DNA from: a virus | Direction: 5' to 3' (one strand) | Virus record (IMG/VR): IMGVR_UViG_3300020202_000018 | Coordinates: 1 to 48,987 of that record | DNA length: 48,987 bases | Shown here: positions 43,576-48,987 of the stretch, piece after piece | Position numbering within the stretch: the stretch's first letter is position 1 | Layout: every line of letters begins with the position of its first letter | Notes under the pieces: generated by a model | The model's input: the letters and a program-made list of their open reading frames with translations, nothing else | Databases searched by the model: none | Told to the model about the DNA's origin: nothing | Program-made: the position numbers and the translations under genes

Positions 43576-44155
43576 ACAAAAAGTTTCTAACATTCCTTCC
43601 TTATTTTCTGGCCGTCATTGTCACATTATCTATGGGTTGATTAGGTGGCTCAAACCAGAATATTGTGTGGAGGTAGGAAGTTTTCATGGGTACATGACTG
43701 CTTGGATGGCTCAAGCAGTAAAAGATAATGACAATGATGGTATAGTAATTACAATTGACAATTTTTCACTGGGAAATGATCCATCTGTTATTCACAATAA
43801 TTTAGTTGCCCTGGGATTGTCAGACATTGTATATATCCTGAATGGGGATTCAAAAACTGTACAATGGCCAGATCGTGTTGATTTCGCTTTTGTAGATGGT
43901 GACCATTCTAAAGAAGGATGCCTACATGATGTTTCAAAATCATTTGAACTGGGAGCTAAATGCGTTGTTGTTCACGATACCAGTTCGTGGTGGGGACCAG
44001 CAGAGATCGCGTCTGTAATGCAGAGAAATCCAAGTTTTGGAATGATTGAAGTTACGTTTGATGAGGGTCTGGCTATCTTTATGCCAGTTGTAAAGGATAG
44101 GACAATTAAATATACAGAAGAAAAATATCCAACTGGAGCTGTAGAGAATGAATAA
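43544..44155 (+). CDS. Class I SAM-dependent methyltransferase (Methyltransf_24-like)
   Basis: CVEVGSFHGYMTAWMA and FAFVDGDHSKEG. The track start is a TTG. Confidence 0.6.
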   Translation: MRFTLKRSKFEQKVSNIPSLFSGRHCHIIYGLIRWLKPEYCVEVGSFHGYMTAWMAQAVKDNDNDGIVITIDNFSLGNDPSVIHNNLVALGLSDIVYILNGDSKTVQWPDRVDFAFVDGDHSKEGCLHDVSKSFELGAKCVVVHDTSSWWGPAEIASVMQRNPSFGMIEVTFDEGLAIFMPVVKDRTIKYTEEKYPTGAVENE

Positions 44156-44537
44156 AACTTATGAGCACTCAGAAGCTTTTTGTCATATGAAGTATAGAAG
44201 TTCAGACGGAAGTATAACCATTTCAGTTTGGAATTCTAGAGATAACTATACGCCATTTGGGTTTACAGTGAAAGGAGTCGAGTTCTTTCATGTAGATTGG
44301 AACGAGGACAGACAAGAACCAGATTACAAACCGCAGCCTGGTGATTTGATTTTTGTTGATACAACAGAAGAACTAATTAAACATTATTTAGAAGAGTACA
44401 TTGACAAATATTGGGACAGTAATGATGATGGTAATTTTGAGTTTACCTTGTCCGAACTGTTTGATTCCAAGGAAGCTGCGTATAAAAATTTTCTGAAAAG
44501 TTCCCTTGGAAGCCCACATCTATTGGAGGTTGAGTAA
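44148..44537 (+). CDS. Hypothetical protein
   Basis: 129-aa ORF. Confidence 0.55.
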   Translation: MNKTYEHSEAFCHMKYRSSDGSITISVWNSRDNYTPFGFTVKGVEFFHVDWNEDRQEPDYKPQPGDLIFVDTTEELIKHYLEEYIDKYWDSNDDGNFEFTLSELFDSKEAAYKNFLKSSLGSPHLLEVE

Positions 44538-44911
44538 TGATTCACGCAAGACCAGAATATAACAGATTCCAAGAACCTGATAACCTTCTTAAATGGATTA
44601 AGAAACTTCATAGATGTCTTCAATACGGTGAGAATCTCTCGGATCAAGAAGAAATGGAACTTATTAATGTCATTAATGAATATGATGACGTCCTAAAGTT
44701 GCGCGGTAGCATGATCGCCGTGGACGAACCAGTTTTACTCTTCAGAGCACAAGATATACACTTCCAAGAAGTTCTAAACCACTATTTCCTTACTGTACAG
44801 TCTGCACGTAAACACGATAAAAGGATAATTGATCAATTATCAGAACATTTTGTAAAGGCTGAGAGCTGGAGATATATTAATCAGGTTAAGCTACCTGATT
44901 CAGTGGGATAA
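44537..44911 (+). CDS. Hypothetical protein
   Basis: 124-aa ORF with a TAATG junction. Confidence 0.55.
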   Translation: MIHARPEYNRFQEPDNLLKWIKKLHRCLQYGENLSDQEEMELINVINEYDDVLKLRGSMIAVDEPVLLFRAQDIHFQEVLNHYFLTVQSARKHDKRIIDQLSEHFVKAESWRYINQVKLPDSVG

Positions 44912-45183
44912 TGAACTATAAAATTCACAACGCATATCGTCCGACTAAGTTTGACCAACTTGTTTCTGGGGATGAATTCCACAATCCAAAAAGTCAACAA
45001 TTGATCTGTTCTTTTGTTGAGTGGGAAAGAGATAAAAAGGGTCGAATTAAAAAGGGACTGATAAAGACTCATAGAGATCAATCACCTAAACAGGTAGAAC
45101 CTAGTTACCTTCAAGGTCTACTAGATGGAGGAGCAATATGGATCAGAATCAAGACGCACTTAACTTATCAAGACCAGAAATAA
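44911..45183 (+). CDS. Hypothetical protein
   Basis: 90-aa ORF. Confidence 0.5.
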   Translation: MNYKIHNAYRPTKFDQLVSGDEFHNPKSQQLICSFVEWERDKKGRIKKGLIKTHRDQSPKQVEPSYLQGLLDGGAIWIRIKTHLTYQDQK

Positions 45184-45335
45184 TTCTACAATTGTGTATA
45201 GAATCATTTAAAAATGTTAGAAATAATCCGTCACCTAATGTTTTTAGAAATGCTCTTCTTGCATTATTAATGGCGTCTATAATTCTATTAATGCACCATG
45301 TCAAGACGAATACCCCCCAAGAAAAGGAAACATGA
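45138..45335 (+). CDS. Hypothetical small protein with a hydrophobic segment
   Basis: A GGAGG SD lies 6 nt before the ATG. Contains LLALLMASIILLM. Confidence 0.5.
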   Translation: MDQNQDALNLSRPEIILQLCIESFKNVRNNPSPNVFRNALLALLMASIILLMHHVKTNTPQEKET

Positions 45336-45609
45336 GGTCTTTGAATATAGAATTCCTACTGGAACCTTAAAGGTAGGGGTTGGGTATTACGATGATGGAA
45401 CTGTCTGTGAAGTTTTTATAGATGATGGTAATAGGCCGGGGGAATCAGTATCCAAGACCTATGCCCATTCATTAGCTATGATTACATCTTTGGCCATTCA
45501 ACATGGGTGTCCATTAGATGAAATCACCGACGCACTGTTAGAGTTTAAACCAGATGAAGCACCATATATAATTGGGGCTGTATTAATGGAGGCAAGTGGT
45601 AATACATGA
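45298..45609 (+). CDS. TSCPD-domain-like protein
   Basis: GTVCEVFIDDGNRPGESV...AHSLAMITSLAIQHGCPLDEI resembles the TSCPD domain found at the C-terminus of class II ribonucleotide reductases. Confidence 0.4.
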   Translation: MSRRIPPKKRKHEVFEYRIPTGTLKVGVGYYDDGTVCEVFIDDGNRPGESVSKTYAHSLAMITSLAIQHGCPLDEITDALLEFKPDEAPYIIGAVLMEASGNT

Positions 45610-45773
45610 ATGAGTATCAGTTTAGATTTCAAAATCCCTTGACGGGTTGGTGGTTTGAAGAATTGTTTACAGGGGAAAATGAAGAGGACGCACGTAGAAA
45701 CGCCGTAGCTAAATATAGTCTATCTGAAGAAATGGAAATCGAATCAGTAACTTTTATCGGTGAAGTTCAGTAA
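45606..45773 (+). CDS. Small ORF (55 aa), below the ORF-track cutoff
   Basis: My translation is MNEYQFRFQNPLTGWWFEELFTGENEEDARRNAVAKYSLSEEMEIESVTFIGEVQ. ATGA overlap with the upstream stop. It fills a 180-nt gap. Confidence 0.5.
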   Translation: MNEYQFRFQNPLTGWWFEELFTGENEEDARRNAVAKYSLSEEMEIESVTFIGEVQ

Positions 45774-45790
45774 AAATTCGGAAAGAAACT

Positions 45791-45991
45791 ATGAATAAAA
45801 TTGATGTTGGGAATCTAACACCTGAAGAGACTAAGAATCTGTTTGAAGAGATTGTAGATCAACTTGACAATGATACATTGGAAGACCTGATTATTGACAT
45901 GTTTGAAGAAATGGGTAAACCTGCGGCGGTCGATCTTATTGTCCGTCTCTGTGAGAAATTTGATATCGAATTGGAAGAAGATTACCCATAA
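45791..45991 (+). CDS. Highly acidic small protein
   Basis: 66 aa, with about one third Asp/Glu (EEIVDQLDNDTLEDLIIDMFEEM...DIELEEDY). Confidence 0.6.
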   Translation: MNKIDVGNLTPEETKNLFEEIVDQLDNDTLEDLIIDMFEEMGKPAAVDLIVRLCEKFDIELEEDYP

Positions 45992-45998
45992 AAGAATT

Positions 45999-46178
45999 CA
46001 GCCACAGATGTACGTACCTCTAGGTTGCTAGGAATCGTACCGAGACGTGGCTGACAGGTAGGATGCCCACGAATATATAGAATAAGTGGGACTGGTTGGT
46101 AGCATCCTATGCAGAGCAGACCTGTGTTATTCCGTGCAGGGTGAGTCTAAGCTGAGCCGTAAAATCCGGCAACGGAAT
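45999..46178 (+). ncRNA. Candidate structured RNA (family unknown)
   Basis: Helices: 45999-46005/46047-46053 (7 bp), 46010-14/46036-40 (5 bp), 46054-58/46121-25 (5 bp), 46059-66/46102-09 (8 bp), 46067-70/46086-89 (4 bp), 46129-35/46172-78 (7 bp), 46156-59/46167-70 (4 bp). I count 90 G+C in 46001..46180. Confidence 0.4.
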
Positions 46179-46194
46179 TTATAGTTGGAAGAAT

Positions 46195-46602
46195 ATGATT
46201 AAGAAAGAGGACAGGAAAACAATTGATCAAATTAAAGAAGAATACAGTATTGAAAATAGTGATGCCCTCTGGTTTTTAATTAGAGAGGCAGATTTTTTCT
46301 GTCGAAGAACTGAAAACAGTGAGATTAGGAGTGTAAATACTTATACTGCTTTTCGTAATATTTTAAGGCTACTGAAAAAACCTTATATCAGGGAGCACGT
46401 ACAATTGCTCCGAAGATGCTCTTGTTATGGAGAAGGGAAATGTATTGCTTGTGCTGGACTGTTTACTTGTGAAGTGTGCGGTGCTTCTGAGGGGGAATTA
46501 ACAACACATTGTCCAGGCATTACACTCCCAGCAGAGGTTAAGGAGTTGGTGGAGAATCTAAAAATGGATTTTGTGTTTGGACAATGGGTTGTTCGTCCCT
46601 AA
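46195..46602 (+). CDS. Cys-rich (zinc-binding-like) protein
   Basis: RRCSCYGEGKCIACAGLFTCEVCG...THCPG. Confidence 0.6.
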   Translation: MIKKEDRKTIDQIKEEYSIENSDALWFLIREADFFCRRTENSEIRSVNTYTAFRNILRLLKKPYIREHVQLLRRCSCYGEGKCIACAGLFTCEVCGASEGELTTHCPGITLPAEVKELVENLKMDFVFGQWVVRP

Positions 46603-46618
46603 GTCCAAACAAATAAAA

Positions 46619-46650
46619 AGCCCGGTAGATATAGACTACCGGGCTTTTTT
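46619..46650. terminator. Bidirectional intrinsic terminator between the plus-strand block and the end of the late operon
   Basis: agcccggtag-atataga-ctaccgggct forms a 10-bp perfect stem, flanked by an A-run and TTTTTT. Confidence 0.85.
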
Positions 46651-46659
46651 GTTTTTATG

Positions 46660-47049
46660 TTAGAACCTAATCTGATAGTGAATCCTATTGTAACTTACGG
46701 CCAATGATTGGTTTTCTCGTAAACTAAACTGAACGACAAAATCAATCACAGGTCTTCCTCCCACTTTCATAGTATAAGACGGCCCCACTTCCATTTTAAA
46801 TCCTTTAGTGGGGATGGGCTCAATCAAAGCTGCTACTGATCCTGTGAGTATGTTATTCTCAAATTTCATTCCAGAACTAGCCCAAACATTAATGTCTAGA
46901 TTCTTTACAGAAATTCGCCTTACGGTAGTGCCTACCTCTAGGGTCAGCTCATTATGCCTCAGAGAAGAGCGCACGGCTTGAGCATTGGCCTTTCCCGCGA
47001 GTAGCATGAAACCGAGACCAACCAGGACCAGTAGATTTCTAATAGACAT
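46660..47049 (-). CDS. Secreted small beta-barrel outer-membrane-protein-like protein (Lom-like position)
   Basis: Signal peptide MSIRNLLVLVGLGFMLLAGKANAQA, alternating beta pattern, C-terminal ...YQIRF with a terminal Phe. Confidence 0.5.
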   Translation of the reverse strand: MSIRNLLVLVGLGFMLLAGKANAQAVRSSLRHNELTLEVGTTVRRISVKNLDINVWASSGMKFENNILTGSVAALIEPIPTKGFKMEVGPSYTMKVGGRPVIDFVVQFSLRENQSLAVSYNRIHYQIRF

Positions 47050-47354
47050 TAATTTCTCTCCATTCTATCCAATCTTTCCTTAATACTTTGCAATTTCTCC
47101 AAAAACTTCTCGTCGTTTGTAATAAGTGATGAAATAGCCTTGTCGTGCATATTATCCTTTTCCTGTCTACTGTTTACTTCCCTATAGTGGGCTTCACCTC
47201 CAAACTTATCGAGGGTTTCGATATTATTTTTAATGTTGGTATATCCAACTATAACCGTAATTAGACAACCTCCTAATGTCATTAATGTACCAATGTTAAG
47301 ACTGGTATCTAAAGTCAAACCTAGTAGTTTAGTTTCTCTGATGTCTTTTCCCAC
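47049..47354 (-). CDS. Single-pass membrane protein with a coiled-coil tail (i-spanin- or holin-like)
   Basis: TM segment IGTLMTLGGCLITVIVGY followed by a charged helical C-terminus. Confidence 0.4.
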   Translation of the reverse strand: MGKDIRETKLLGLTLDTSLNIGTLMTLGGCLITVIVGYTNIKNNIETLDKFGGEAHYREVNSRQEKDNMHDKAISSLITNDEKFLEKLQSIKERLDRMERN

Positions 47355-47360
47355 GTGTAT

Positions 47361-48987
47361 TTACCTTATTACGTTTTCAATGTTACTATACTCCCCGGAT
47401 AGATAACTAGTATCTCCTCCAATGGAATAACCACTTTGAATAGCTTGAGTTCTACCTGAACTTATAGTTTGCATGTAAGCTTTTACAATAACTGAACTTC
47501 CGCCTCCAGGCATAGTGGGGAAGGAAAGGTTCAGAACAAATACTTTGCTAGCTGTGTTGTGAAAACCTCTGTTAGAACTAATTGTTTTAGGTTGTGTGAC
47601 CATCATGAAGAAATCAGATAGACTTGAATAGTACAAGAAACCATTGGCTATCTTTAATCCAGATGGTGTACTCCCAGATAGAGATGTAAAAGGTATTTCT
47701 GCATGTCTGTGAGTAGATACTAGTCTCCCAGCCGTAAATACATAAAAGCCTAGTCCACTCCACCAAAGGGGTGGACACATTCCACTATATTTATACGTAT
47801 CAATGGTTGCACTCTGTGTGAAAGTATGCCTCCAAGAAACATCCATAGAATTACGTTTAAATGTATGATGTAACCACCCAGACCCTGCTACACCACCTGT
47901 AGCTTGATCATGTAGAACATTCATATTTTGTCTTACTTCTATCTTCTTAGTTGAAGCTGTGTAGCTACCGTCAGTGGGGGAAACCTCTACTCCATCTATT
48001 AAAATTGTTATAGAAGTTCTCAATTCATTTCCATGCACCCACCCACCAACATCTCTAGAAACGCCATTGATATTTAAGTGGTATGCATATTCGGCTTGTG
48101 ACCCGGCAGCTACTTCTAGTGTCCGTCTCACAACTGGATTGACTGCTCCAGCAGTGCAACTTGCAGTACTAGTGGTACTGGTTGTATTAGAAAAACTAAA
48201 ACGCACCCAAAAGGCTAGTACAGAATTAACTGTATTAGTGGTCCAGTTTGTTGGTACCGTCCAGCTTATAGTTCCATCTTGAGTAAATGCATTGGTTCCA
48301 TCAACAATAGTTAGTGCAGTCCAAGCGGTTCCATTCCAATATTCCGCGGTAATGGTTCCACCGCCAGTATTAACAGTTGAAAAATCAAATGTTAGTCTTG
48401 CGTTTCTTAGTGACGCCCCAAAGTAAACTCTGTCAGTATTTGCAGCCAGAGAGGGAAAGGTCATTGTAGACCAATTACTTTCTAGTGTTCCAGTTCTAGA
48501 TTGAAAAACTCCAGATATTTCTGTTTGGCATCTAGTAATATGTACTGGAACAGTGGCTGCGTCTAGTCCTGGTAAACCACTACCAGGACTAATCACTGCA
48601 TAGGAATCTGGAAATAATCTATAGTCAGTGGATGAAGGATTTTTCTCTGTAGTGCTCCTAGTTAATCTAAGAACGTGACTGCCTGACGGAATATTGGTAG
48701 CAACTAAAGTTTGTGTAAACGAATTGGCTGAAGCATATCCATCTACATACTTATTTGCCCCCGAGGTAGGTAACTGATTGACAAGAGTTGTACTGCCGTC
48801 AATTGTTACGTAAAAATAACCTCTGTCTGTTCCACGTAAATGGGCCACATATAAATCACCAGGACCAGTAAAATTTACTTCTAGATACGATGCTCCACCA
48901 GCTCCCACTGTGTAATGTTGTAAACCACAGAAAGTATTACCGCCAGTGGGGTTAGCAAACCAAGTTCCAGAACTGTGAAAAGTTCCA
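47361..48987 (-). CDS. C-terminal part of the junction-spanning 634-aa tail fibre / receptor-binding-like protein
   Basis: The ORF-track start at 48908 is a GTG internal to the true ORF. The frame stays open to the window end and continues into 128..405. Confidence 0.8.
   Translation of the reverse strand, partial: GTFHSSGTWFANPTGGNTFCGLQHYTVGAGGASYLEVNFTGPGDLYVAHLRGTDRGYFYVTIDGSTTLVNQLPTSGANKYVDGYASANSFTQTLVATNIPSGSHVLRLTRSTTEKNPSSTDYRLFPDSYAVISPGSGLPGLDAATVPVHITRCQTEISGVFQSRTGTLESNWSTMTFPSLAANTDRVYFGASLRNARLTFDFSTVNTGGGTITAEYWNGTAWTALTIVDGTNAFTQDGTISWTVPTNWTTNTVNSVLAFWVRFSFSNTTSTTSTASCTAGAVNPVVRRTLEVAAGSQAEYAYHLNINGVSRDVGGWVHGNELRTSITILIDGVEVSPTDGSYTASTKKIEVRQNMNVLHDQATGGVAGSGWLHHTFKRNSMDVSWRHTFTQSATIDTYKYSGMCPPLWWSGLGFYVFTAGRLVSTHRHAEIPFTSLSGSTPSGLKIANGFLYYSSLSDFFMMVTQPKTISSNRGFHNTASKVFVLNLSFPTMPGGGSSVIVKAYMQTISSGRTQAIQSGYSIGGDTSYLSGEYSNIENVIR
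48861..48987. repeat. Terminal direct repeat, copy 2 (identical to 1..127)
   Basis: Read directly. Confidence 0.95.

Noticed and set aside
46131-46178. Resemblance of GGGTG...CTGAG in the structured element to a TPP riboswitch
   Set aside because: The order and spacing of the conserved TPP elements (CUGAGA, ACCUGAUCUGGAUAAUGCCAGCG) are not reproduced. The match is only a short-string coincidence.
1-48987. CRISPR arrays, integrase/attP, transposases, reverse transcriptase or DGR, and toxin-antitoxin pairs
   Set aside because: No regularly spaced direct repeats were found, and no ORF has recognisable tyrosine/serine recombinase, DDE or RT motifs. The only tandem repetition is at the protein-family level (the arrays described above).

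Overview
The window is a complete, circularly closed tailed dsDNA phage genome. Bases 1..127 are identical to 48861..48987, so the unique length is about 48,860 bp. One tail-fibre-like gene runs across that junction. The genome is AT-rich and has no CRISPR array, rRNA or recognisable integrase.

Layout:
- A late/structural operon lies on the minus strand from 19914 down to 1, then wraps from 48860 down to 46660. In order it encodes a small-terminase-like protein, TerL, portal, scaffold, major capsid, an embedded TPR-glycosyltransferase, head-tail connectors, tail tube, a chaperone with a probable -1 frameshift, tape measure, tail tip and fibres, and a Lom-like outer-membrane protein.
- A repeat-rich 440-bp control region lies at 19915..20351, next to an oppositely oriented HNH-like gene.
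- A minus-strand early/accessory and replication block (20996..37540) encodes an SNF2 helicase, a UDG-PolA fusion, a Cas4-like/AAA_24/DUF669 recombination module, tRNA-Arg(UCU), a RuvC-like resolvase and an XRE repressor.
- A plus-strand block (37633..46602) encodes a primase-helicase, a MazG-like protein, a ThyX-like protein, a second NTP pyrophosphatase, a SAM methyltransferase and many small ORFs.

The most unusual content is an accessory region at about 22.9-27.9 kb. It holds 11 tandem, translationally coupled paralogues of an unrecognised ~95-aa protein family (motifs CP[IVL]ALA and F[IVL]xxFDxG). Next to it are three copies of a second ~95-aa domain (NWKERI...CAIGEKY).

Other points worth a second look:
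- a 180-nt, 50% G+C, multi-helix intergenic RNA candidate at 45999..46178
- a long untranslated leader containing an orphan plus-strand terminator
- back-to-back near-consensus promoters that share GGGTATAATGTAA
- repeated operator-like motifs

All functional calls come from motif recognition by eye and gene order. No database search was run.
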